A stretch of DNA of 64,000 nucleotides from positions 1 through 64,000 of the forward strand of contig FLMG01003321.1 of assembly GCA_900088475.1 (NCBI GenBank). Direction: 5' to 3'. A program made the position numbers and the translations under genes. Positions 47,461 to 59,700 of this stretch are shown here, piece by piece. The stretch's first letter is position 1. Each line of letters opens with the position of its first letter. This stretch comes from Hyphochytrium catenoides. Lineage: Eukaryota; Protista; Hyphochytriomycota. Below the pieces are notes generated by a model. It was not told where the DNA came from and did not search any database. It saw nothing but the letters and a program-made list of their open reading frames with translations.

Positions 47461-50005
47461 ATGAGCACGGAGGAAGCCCTCCGGGACGAGCTCTATCTAT
47501 GGCTGAAGCCATGGCCACAGGTGTTGAACCAACTCGACACTTTCATCATCTCACTGAAAAGGCGGTAAGGGTCCTTTACAGTGTCAATAGATGCCACATT
47601 CTTTCTGACGAAGCCACAGGAAGGTTGGAGGGGCTCAGACCGTGTCACGGCAAACCTTGGAGCTTCTAAGAGTTCTGGTAATGCTCCCTTTTCTCTGCCA
47701 AGCTGCCAGCTGCTCGATTGAACACACTCTACATTGCTCTTTATGTGTTCTTTATTCTTTACTCACCAAACCATTGGCGATTGCCCACAGGTCGGTACTA
47801 CGAAGTGGAAGACTGCACGGGAATTACTGGAGAAGACTAGGGCTGTAGGGAAGCTCCTCACCTATGCAAACCCCATGGGTAAGACGGGTTTGTTACACGC
47901 TTCTACCGACTGTCTCTGTCTCTTCCTATTGACTCTTTTATAATGGTCACGATCCCCACATCTTCCCGTTTATCCTAACATCCCATTAACCAGAACCATC
48001 TATCGGCAATGTCGTCCGCCGAGTGTTGTTTGTCATCAGAGAGGCCTATCATAACAGGGTGAGGGCGGTAAGTCCCCTTTTTCCAATGTGACCACATCTG
48101 TACCCGCTGTATATCTCAGCCTGCTCCTAGTTCTTTCTTGGACCTGCTTCTTTTGTAGCCTTAGCTGCTTGCACTCAGAGGCCAGCATCTGAATTCCTGT
48201 TTTGGTCAGTCGCTCTCTAGCTCCTCAGCTTTATCAACTCTACATCAAAGGTAATAAATCTCGTGTTCACGCAGGTGAAGACAGAAGAACCCACTTCGGA
48301 TCCGAGTCTTTCCGAGAGCATGCATCCATCACTGCAGACGCTTCTGGGGCCATCAGAGGACACTGACTACTCCGTCCCTGTGAAAGACCTTCGTCCCCTC
48401 GTGATGGAGGGGATGGCAGAAGTAGTGGAGGACATTGAAGACTATCTACAGCCAATCTGCGACCAAGCCCTGGAGTTCATTCACGCGAGGTGAGGTGCGC
48501 ACCAGAATGTCTCCAAGGCCCGAAGAAGGGTTAACGTTTGTAAATTATATCTGGGAGTTTCCCTCGTATCTGGCTGGACAGCGCCTTCTTATGTGTGATG
48601 CGCCACTTGGTTGGATGAATGGAAGAAACCCTGATATCTAAGCACATCCTATGTGTAGCGAGATTATTCTTACTTACGGAGGCTCTGCCACTGTGGAAGC
48701 CTTTCTAAAGGCTGCAGCAAAGAAGCGGAACTTCAAAGTCATCGTGGCAGAGGGTGCTCCTCGCTTCCGCGGACATGTAAGCGACAGTCGCTTGCTTCTT
48801 CTACAGTCATCATGCTTACGCTGGGTCAACTACGACTCCTGACATCCCGTTCAACCGTCCGTTTCTTCACACTATTCTCCTTACTTGGGCTCTCCGCTTG
48901 CAGGAAATGGCTAGATCTTTAGCCCTTAGCGGAATTGACTGCACTGTGATTAACGATAGCGCAGTTTTTGCCATGATGGCAAGAGTGAACAAGGTAGCAA
49001 GGACTCGGGATGGGGGTCGAGGTAGCGGGTGGTTCAGTGAGGGTGTTGGTACAGAACCTTGGCACGTCAGACCAGGAGTGAAGAGACGTCGTACTGAATA
49101 TGTGTGCCTCGTGCCTGTGGCGGTAGCCAGACAGGCACGCGCTTGTGTTCTGCTATAAGGCAGGGAGGCCTGACACAGTCAGATAAGAAAACAGATAATA
49201 ATGTCCCATTAGGGAAGGAGAGCTTGTAGGTCAACCGCTAGCGATGTAGCTCATGCCGTCTGCCGTGTCCCTCTTGCAGGTTATCATTGGCACCAAAGCT
49301 GTTATGGCCAATGGCGGTTTAATTGCTGAGGCAGGCATCAACATGGTAGGAATGGCAGCCAAGCAGTATTCAGTACCTCTTGTCTGTGTCACCGGCATCT
49401 TCAAGGTACGAAGTAGAAAGGATAATGGTACAAGATTTAATGTCATCGCTGATGGTTACCTTGCCCTTGCCGCGATTCTCTGTAGCTCACTCCGCTATAC
49501 CCCCATGACTGCGAGATCTTTAACAGTCTTTATGCCCCAAGCGAAGTCATCCCCTTCGACCAACTTGATCACATTCTGCAGAAGGTAAACTGTCTACTCT
49601 TGCTCCTTTTCTTATCGCGATCTAGGTGTTGAATATAGCCCTTTGGGTGCCAGATCATTCAATGGACAGCTCAAGGAGAGCTCTGCAATTCAGTTTCCCT
49701 GTCTCAATCCCCATTGTCCCCCAACTTCGTACTCTCTCAGAGAGCAAAGTGGCACTATTTTTGCACTTCTCTCCCTCTTTGTTGTTAGTTGTTTGCGACC
49801 AGCTATGCAATCTTTGGCACTAATTTCTTGTACTTTCCTGGATCTATCGTCGCTGCAGGTTGATGTCATGAACCCTGCCTACGATTATGTGCCTCCTGAG
49901 CTTGTAGACCTCTTCATAGCAAACGTGGATTGTCACCAGCCCTCGCCATCATATATTTATAGATTGCTCTCTGAGCTATACAACCAGCTAGACTACGTGT
50001 TATAA
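47461..50005 (+). CDS. EIF2B2: Translation initiation factor eIF2B subunit beta, about 11 exons
   Basis: [87 protein letters not shown] and [12 protein letters not shown]. Confidence 0.93.
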
Positions 50006-50791
50006 ACATTAAGGAGAGAACTTGGAATATCCGGATGCATGAAGACACTGTCAACTGTCGGTAGACTTGCTACCTTGCCATCCCGCAGGACTTACTTTAG
50101 TCCATACGACAGCACTTCCTGCGTCAGGCGTCAGATGAATTGATCCAAAGGTTCTTAATTAAGCTGAGACCGTCCAAGGCTCGCTACCTCAACCTGCCAA
50201 ACACAGAGTAGCTACGACGGGGTATCTCATTTTTCTGTGCATCATATCATTGTCATAAGCGATTCCGCTCATCCATATGTGACAAGCCTATGGTCTGTAG
50301 ACGGGAGAGTTAGGGCAATTACTAGACGGCGAATACGCTGATTGAGTATAGCTCCTGCGAACTGGCCAATTGCGTGGGAGCGGAAAGATATCGCCGCTGG
50401 CAAACCCTTAATTAGGTATCTCTTGTGTCTATGACGGTGCATGTCGCCTACAGAATATAATGTAGCATTGTCTTAAGGTTTATATACTGGCACCCAGTTC
50501 TACGTACACAGTTCCGCCGCCCCGAGGACGGAAGGGTATCAACAATGATTACACTGCACTGGGACATGTTGCGCTAGAGAACTGGCACAGGCGATCGGTA
50601 CCTGTGCCAAGGTGTGGTCAAATCCCACCTTTGGTAAGGATTATTGCCATCATATAGTGACCTTGGAACTTGTGACATCTTCTTATCTTAGCCCGTAGGT
50701 GTGGCGTCTGTTAGATCCTCTATGCTGTCAGAAGATCCCATGTGCGTGGCCAGGAGTCGCTACAATGCGATTATCAGTTGATGTTTGTTTT

Positions 50792-53700
50792 TTAACTCTC
50801 CAGGCCCACAAAAACCCCGTCGAGTGAAGGTGGTTCGGGGTCCCTCCCTTCCTCTCTTCTAGAGTGTGGCTGCGTTCCCTTTCCCTGCCTCGCTCTCTGA
50901 CTAAAATCTTTCCCTTTCACTTGTCGTACCTCTGACTCTTCTTTCTGCAGCAGGCCCATGAGAAGGAAGCGCTGTGTAATCCTGATGTGAACACTACCAC
51001 TGCTGACTCCCTCCAGCTGGGCCCACGTTTCGATTGGGTCGCCTTCTCCCAAGGGATGCAACTTGATCTGTTGCGTTATCCAGCGTCAGATTGGTCATGT
51101 CTTCAATCCTGCAAATCAGGTTCCACATCTTCTCGATACTCTACTTTCTAGAACTAGGATAGCCCTTAAGGGTCTCTCTGTGTACATACCTCCTCCATTA
51201 TCACGCTTTGCCCCCCCCCCTCTCTCTCTCTTTCTCTTCTTCGATGCACTTGTCCATCTCCTTACCACGGTGCTCCCAAGGAATGGATCCTCGGTAAGTG
51301 AAGTCTTGCTATACAGATGGATTTCCACAGAAGTGGGTGGTCCAAAATCATAGAACCCAAAGGTGTCCGCTGCCCGTTGTCCCGTTGAAAGATAGCATTT
51401 CAAATTACCAGGTCCCAAAGGAATTGGAAAGCGGAACCGGAAGACGTCCTACCGACCATGGAAAAAGTATTCATCGTTAACGGTGAGCAAGGGCCATCAA
51501 GAACGCGACTGAAAAATCTGAGTGGAAAAGAAGGGTGGCTCTCAGGATGACAGATTCTTGAAAAAAGCAAGAAGTGGTGATACTAGCTAAAAAGTATAGG
51601 GTGGCACGGCCATCGAGTCTCAATAGTCGATAGAAGTGAAAGGATCCCAGCAATGTCGGCAACACGGCTTTGTTGTTCAAGACTGTACAATCATTGCGGG
51701 GCGTATGGCAACCCTTGGCTGTCTACTGTGCCTTCCAGGTACCTTCTCTGTAGCCCATACAGGAGAAACTGAGTTGTTGACAGTCCTAGAACGGCAGGTC
51801 CTCAAACTCCAAGTCTTGGGCAGTTGGTTAATGGCGCTTGTACCCAAATGAATAAAGGCATAGGGATTGCTCTGTGGAGATCAAGGAAGAAAGGAGATGT
51901 GACAGTGCAAGTGGGTGGGGTGAGCCAAATCCACTAGCCCTAGTAAACGTCCAACCAGGATTAACGGCCAGAGGGGGAGAAATGCTCGGCTGCAGGGCTG
52001 TTTGTTGGAGTTTGCAGGAACCAAGGCAAAAGCACTTATATAATGGCCGGACTGCTACCAATTTAAGATAGCAGGATAACCAAGCGAGACAGAAAGTTAA
52101 AGGAATGGCGTACCCCTGCCGTGAATATATTCGCTGAGACCAGGTTGGCCGCTTCAATGAGTTGGACCTGGCATGAGTGGACTGTCAATATCGCTTTCGC
52201 GTCAACAACCATTGTGGATTCTCTTTCTGTCCTTCACCCCTGCATACTTTATGACGGTGGATTCTTATCGCCCCTACTATGATCAAAGAGGAATATCTGG
52301 TGGCTACCTGAGCAAACGTCACCACCACTCCTTGCCTAGCTTACCTCAATGAGGCTAATAAACCTATGAGATAGCCCCAGATGTCTAAAGAGCATGTTGC
52401 TTCGTAGGTGGTCGCATATCCCACGTAAGTAGGTGACCGAAGTTATAATCTCTCTGTCGCCTCCGGCACTCCTTCGCGGCCTGGGCTTGGAACCCTTGAT
52501 TATACTTGGCATGAATGGGGAAGAAATGGTGGAAGGGGAAGGGGACTTTCTTCTGCTGGGCATAGCGACAGTGGTGGCTGAGGAGGTAGCCAGTGAAGAA
52601 GGACTTGAGGCCTGATTTTGGCTCTGCAGATACTCGATCTGTGTTTTCCCCATCCACTTAGTTGGGGCTGTACTGGTCAACCTGTGATACAAACGATTAG
52701 AGAGCGCAGCAGTGGCAGCTACCGCATCCATCCTACTCCGCCGCCCTCATTTCCGCCGTCGTCATTTCCACCGCCGACTACCAATCTTTTGCCTATGCCT
52801 TTGCGTCCTTATGGTCGAACGTGCGCGTATGAACGGCTCAATTTGCCCGTCCACTCCGGACTGAACAAAGTATCAAAAAACATTTAGGAATAATATAGCA
52901 GCACAGGTATCCCCCTTTGCAATATCTCAACAGTAGGGCCCCTACCTCAAGGTAGCCGATGCAGCCACCAGCCATGCTTCGCAGCGGAGCTCCGACCATA
53001 GAGCGAAGCTTGCGGTGCTCTGAGAAACAGCGAGGCACACGAAGGTGTCCTAACTTAGAGAGGTTCTATTCAGGTTCAAGAGTGATACAGACAGATAACA
53101 CAAAGAAGTGGTAGTTGCAGGAAGATAAGATTAAATCAGCCAACTCGGCATCATGGAGCAGGATGCTCCGCCAACCTGCAGAACTTCCTTTGCTGCTGAT
53201 GCGCACATATCTGGCTGTACCTCCCTGTACCAATGCCAACCAAGCTGGATCTCTGTCTGACTTTTACCACCAAATATCAGACTGTTGGATAGATAATAGA
53301 AAATTAGGTTAGACTGGGACTGAGCCAGATAGAGTGGGTTCAACCAGCAACGATGATGAGAGACAGTTAGGTTGCTATCCTATCAAAGGCAGTCAAGCCC
53401 AAAGGAGTGTGCCGTTGAGCCTATTCAACTATTCCAAAGCAGGATGGACGGCAAGAAGCCACAGCTGTTGCGGAGTCTTACCTCGCCACATTATCCGTTG
53501 CCTCCACTTCCCATGGATGCACAAAGCAGTACACCTCGGCAAGGTCCACCTTCTGCGGCTTTTCTCCCGCTAATCCTCCAGATTGTAACTTCATGGTATC
53601 ATGGCTCTTCTTATTGAGGTGGCGAACTTGTCCATCTTTTTCAAAGCTCTTTACTCTCGCCCAAGCTTCCCCCGCATTGGTATCAAGGCCATGAGCAACC

Positions 53701-56700
53701 AGCCACCGGCAGGCATCTCCGAGCCTGAAGCACTTAATCATAATGTGGTGATTCTTGCGGAGCTTCTGAGTTAGCTGGTAAACACCAGCAACCGGGTCCT
53801 AGCGATTGAGGTTAGATACTATGGGAATGTCACCCAGGAGGCCTCAGGCTAGCAATATTATAAAAAAGGACGTACGGCAAACTAAGGCAGGGCTGAACTT
53901 TAAGACGTAGGCAAATGCTTAGAAGTGAAGAGATCCGGTCACTCTATGTGATGGTCCAACAGAAAGTACAAACCTGCATTCGCAGCAATATCGCCATATT
54001 GTCGTCTATCACGTGATCGATCGACTTGGAAAGAGAACTGTCGGCAACCAGGTCTTCAAAGACCTCAAGGCTTGATCGCCGCTGCACGACTGGACGGCTC
54101 TTAGGTAGCTTTTGTGGATGTGTTGACGTCGGGGACTCTTCCGGACTACTTGTTGTTTTCTTGGACGTCTGCATCAGAGGTACCTCAGTGAAGTCTCACA
54201 GTCTCTCTAATGGTTCTCATAGTGTACCAGTAGTGTGCTTGGGGGTTGACTATTCGCCGCAGGTTTGTCCTCAGGGATCCCTTCAGAGACGAAATCGTAG
54301 CCGTAGTTGGAGAGCCTCCTCATGACTGCTCTGGGAACCGATTGCGTGGAAGGAAGCTGCCACACCGGCTGCATTTGCCGGCCTAGCAGGTCCATCTTTT
54401 CCAACAAATGGGACTCGAAGCTTCGAGCCCACCTGAAGAAGCGTAAACGTCAGAACGTATAATTGTTTAGAGGAGAATGGGCTACTCTAGAGGAATAAAC
54501 ATGTGGCAAGCAACAAATGGTACATAACTCGTATGCGGGGACATGTGGACTCCTCCACCTGTCGCGTCAGCAGGTATGGGAATAGAAAGGTAGGACGTGG
54601 ATGTTGTAGCAAAGTAGTAGAGAGCACGCTGCATGGCCAAGAGTAGCCCCAGAGCAGAGGAAGAAGCGAGGATCAGTTTCATACCTTTTGACTCCATTCA
54701 TCATATCGTTGAGATTGACGTTGGAAGGAGGGGCAATGTATTGTAGGACAATACGTGGAGAGAGCCCTGGTGCACTGTCGCTCAAAGAAACATGGCCTTC
54801 GTTCCTATTAAATGGATGAAGAGCTCATCAATAACTTTTAACCCGATTGTCCTAAGAAGAGCAGTGACTCTATCTCACTTGTCTCTCTTTTGTTTGAACC
54901 ACATGTCGGAGGCTGAGAGTACCGCATGGCCTAGAAAAACCACACGTGCCTCTAGTCCTTTATACCCATTGCGATGGTGACTTACGTTTTCTGGTCCTTT
55001 TCGGCCTCAGCTTGCATCCTTTCGAATAAGAGCGAATGCTGGCTGATAAGAGTCCTCAATATCACAAGCTTCAGAACAGACTCGTAGAGCAGAGTAAGTT
55101 CGTTATGCGGTGTAGGACGAGCCAGTCCCACATTGGAACTGGAGCTCCACCATTCGGTTCCCAGGGCGTTAACTATTTTCTCAAAAAGCGGGGCGTTTGG
55201 GCTAGTTGAGCTCTTATGACAGCCTCCGGTCACACTTCCATGTGTTTCCTCTCCATTCGCCAGATTAGCTAATGAAAAGTCCTTGAGGGTCAGAGGGTTG
55301 TCCAGGAGAAGGCGGAAGAGCTCCCAGTGGCGACTAAGAGTTGCCAACAGGATAAGACCTTTTCGCACCGCAACCGCCATTTCAGCCGCCAGCATCAGGC
55401 TAAACCATTCATCCAAACTTGTTTGAAAGGACGAGAGATTACGGGGTTAGTAAAGAGGAAAGCTGCCGAAGTAATAGGCGCGATACTGAAGGGAAAACAT
55501 AGGGTATCTGTACCACATTGAGAACGGCTATTGAAAGGAGACATACGCAAGTGCTGGAAACTAGCAATTGGAGCCTCACCACTGTCCGTAGAAGCACTCC
55601 AAACACAGCTCTAGCTGGGCGATAGTTTGCAGGACCTCCAAGATATCTTCGGTGGACAAAGACCGTCCAGGCGCCACCTGATCGCACGCCTGCAGGGGCC
55701 TGCACGAGAGATACACCAAGAAGCATTCCGCCTCTACTCTCCTGTCCATGCAGCAAAGCAGGAGAAAGTATGGAAGGACATGCGCATCCCTAAGGTTGTA
55801 AAACACAAACGTAGTACGCCTGTTAGTCCAGGAGCAGCGCAACATGGGGCCCCCAAGCTCGCGAGTTAACTCTTATGCCAGCATTGGTGCTCTTGGACTA
55901 CTATTCTTCCGCCTTGACAGCAAGCCCCTTGTACCCACAACCACTGCTCTTCTGAGGTATTACTTGCTCGTCCTTGTATCGTTCTAAATCTCATGTTTTC
56001 CTCAGCCCTGTTATTCCTGGTACATTTCTTCTCTATTCTTCCCCTTAGTGTTTAGGTCTTACCGTTTTGGCTCTACCAGAGCTAATGCTGCTTCCAAGAG
56101 CTCCATCTTCTCTATTCCGCTAATAAGGGAAAGCGAACTGACCTCCCTCTCCACCAGGTCCAAAACTCCTCCTTCCTTATGTATCCTTTCTTTTAGTTCC
56201 TGGTTTACAGATGTGGGGCACCAGGAGAAGGGAAGGGATGGGGAGGCGGTTGCCACAAGTTCAACTAGCCGTATTGCAGCTGAGTGCTTGAGGAGAACAC
56301 TTTGTAAGTGAGATCGAAAAGAGGTTGTTCCACTTTTAAGCCTTTCCCAGTACCACTGAGGGCCTTTCGAAACTTCCGCTATCTGCTGCACAGCCACCTT
56401 CTCATCTTCTCCATCTTTGGATCCTCCTCCTTCCATGCTTTCCCCTTCTGCTATCCATAGTTCACTCTTAGCACTGTGAGCACTGCCGGTACTCGATTTT
56501 CGCTCAAGCTGCCCAGGCACCGAGAACTCATCAAAAATGCTTGAGGAGGCTGGATTCATCAAGCTTCCGAAGCTGCTTGTGGCAGTACTTCTTTCAATTT
56601 CTTGCTCTCTCCCTTCCCCTTCCTTCGACAATAGTGAAACTGGTGCGGCTGTAGGGCCCTTGCTGCCAGTATGGGAAACGAAAGACACCTCCTCAGCCAT

Positions 56701-59700
56701 GCGGAAGTGTTCCAAGGCAATCGCAGGCAAACCAGTCCTGAAGAACTCCAAGCCAGCTGCGAGATTAGCTGTTGCCAAATCTTGGACAGAGACACCAAGG
56801 TCTGGTCCCTTACCCAATCCTTGGTCTGACCGATGAATATGTTCAAGTAGAGCCGGTGCAGACGCAGTGTCTAGATAGTGGTTCATGGTGTTCACAGTCT
56901 CCTGATATACGGCCGTAACCAATCTCTGCCTCTCCAGGTTATCCTGCTCCTCATGACCGCCGTTATCTTGCTGGGTGGGCAACGTTCTGAAAGGAGAAGA
57001 CACCGCCTCTAAAGGAAGGGGGCTGGAGCTGGGATGGAGAGCGAGAAGAGAATCATGTCGTCGACCCAACCACCAGAGTGCGGCGCTTTCGAGAAAGTTT
57101 CCTCCTACAAAGGAAATGGGTTGAGAGAGAGTACGAGAAAAGGACGACAGACAGAGCAAAATGGGAAGCGGAGCGGCGAGAAACGGAGTGAGAGAGAGAG
57201 AGAGCCCACATGGGCTTTAGGGAAAGGTGGTACTACATATTGACGCCAAAGATCAGTTTGACGAAAATCCGGAGCCTAGTCGATCGAGAGACATGACTAA
57301 GGGTCATATCAATGCTTAAGCCAAGAGGTTCATCAAGTCCACCCCAAAGCAGCTAGTTACCTGGATGGTTTCTTGCGTAGGCTATGACGTCCTCCTCCAT
57401 CAGCTTCTTACAGACAGGTCCCAATGGTGTCACGACCTCTTCAACTCCTGAACCAGAAACAGATTGCCTGCTACCCCATTCCCCACCATGTTCAACCACT
57501 CGTGTCACACAGATAGCCAGGGAGGGATCCTGGAGATAGTTTAAGATAATCCGCACCGCTTCATGCAGTTTGGGCGGCTGGTGAAGGAGGAACATGGCCG
57601 CTGCAGGAGAGTAGTATTTCTTCCGTAGAAGCGCGTAAGCATTCTTCACAGCAGCGACCTGTTGGGACGTCCAACGTGGTGAGTAGACCGTAAGGGGAAG
57701 GAGAGCGCTTATCAACCACGAAAAAGAACTGAGACTGTGCAGCGGAAGCCGAAGAAACATTGTGAGTTGGGCGAAATGCTAGTAAAACGCTAATCAATCC
57801 ACTGTGTCACCACGAAGGCAAGCAACACCGACTGGCAGATGGTCAACAATGGTGGTCACATGAGCTATGAGATTAACTTCCTCTAACCTGCCAACGCTCT
57901 TCTGCAAAGTTGTTCAGAAGAAAGGTTGAGAGCTGCTTGTATTGTGGATTGTTAGAGATACGGAGGAGGCCAGCTAGAACTTGTTTTTTGCCTGTGAATA
58001 AGCACCGGCGAGTCCAAGGATTACCCGAGGCGGTGAGAGAGCAGATGTAAGAGAGAGATTGTCAGTAAAGTGGCTAATTCCTGCTTAATGGTTCCGCAGA
58101 GAGGCCATTGAACGAGAACCCCCGAGGCCCAGGCGTCAAGGCGAAGAGATACTCAGAGAAGGCGAAAAGAGTTGTTGTGACTCTCGTGCTAAAATATGTC
58201 GCTTACCAACGGCCGCGTATAAAAGAGCTACAGATAAGGCGTCACGGCAGCGGGAGAACTCTGTCTTCGCTACTTTTTCCAGTATGTCCCGAAGTTTACT
58301 AGAGTCCTATGGTCCAGGAAGGAAACGACGCAGGATTCTTGATTAGAAGAGTGATTTTCGTACTTTAACGTGAGACCATTGAGATGTAAGTATAGGATGA
58401 GGTAAGACTCATGGGAAAGCACCATTTGCCATGCAAGAGGTGAGGAAAGGTTGCCGGGTAGGATGCAAGGCGAGCCGTGCGGAACTCGAAAGTAGAGGAT
58501 TATAAGAAAAAGTAGCAATGCTATTGAGTCAATTTCGACGCAGAAAGCTACATAGAAGAAGAAGAAGCCAGCCCAAGAAAGTCAACAAGGAAATGGTTCA
58601 TAACATATCAAAAGTTAACGGTAAGTAGGGCTCCCTAGTTTGGACAAGCCCGACCTTGATCCATAACCCTGGCCATAGCTCCCTGATATCTTGTTTCCAG
58701 GACGGAGATGATGGAATTACGCGTGACAGCAGAAGGTTCTGATTCTGACAGTGTAGACCCCACACCACTGATGAAAGAGGAGGGAGGAGTGGGAGCAAAG
58801 AAGGCTGGCGTTCGAAGACGAAGTCTGGGTGGACATTCGCCTTCGAAGAACTAAATGGCTCCGCGGCGCCTATCACGTCCACATAAGACACTAACAAAAT
58901 CAAATTGAACAAGTAAAGAACAACATAGTTTCATCAACAAACGGCAAACAAGACTCACGCTAGAGAAGGGGCAAACGGACCAGGCTAGAGGATTACAGGG
59001 AATGAGGTGAGCAGGAAATGAATGGGCATGATAACCATGGAGATGACCAAACCAGACAGAAGACACAGGTTACGTCACCCGTAGGCGGAAGCCCGTCCGA
59101 AGAATGTCATAAATCGCACCCTTGTCAGCCATAGGTGTACCTGTCGTTCGGTCTTCTCCAATTCTAGTACTCTTATCCGCCAGTTCCAGGCATATTACCT
59201 GTGCGCTTCGGGCTAAGGAAGTCTGGATAAGGAATGAGAGGCCAAAAACATCTAGTGCTCGATCTGCCCCCGACGATAAGAACTGGGAAAGAGAGGATCC
59301 AGAAGACAGAGACCTTAATATAATGAGAAGCTGTAGGGCCCACAGCTCTGGATAGTCAGCCAAGAGCCCTACAACGGTTTTGCGTGCCTTCTCCCCTCTC
59401 CTGAGAAAGGATGGAGCTAAGGAGAGAAGAAGATCATGACTTCTTTCCGTCAGGCAACGGTTTAGTACCGCAACGTCACCATCCGACAGAAAGAAAGCTT
59501 TCTCGTCTTTCACGCAGCCCTTGTCTTCCTGACTAATCCAGCCTTGGGTCTCAGGCCTGAAACGAAGGTTATTCAGGAGAAGAAGCTCCTTCTCTTTCTC
59601 CTCACTTAGGAAAACAAAATCGGCATTTTCTAGGTTGGCGCTCAGCTTAAGAATGTTGAAGAACCATTGAAGCATCTTTTGTACGCGCAGCCTTGATCCT

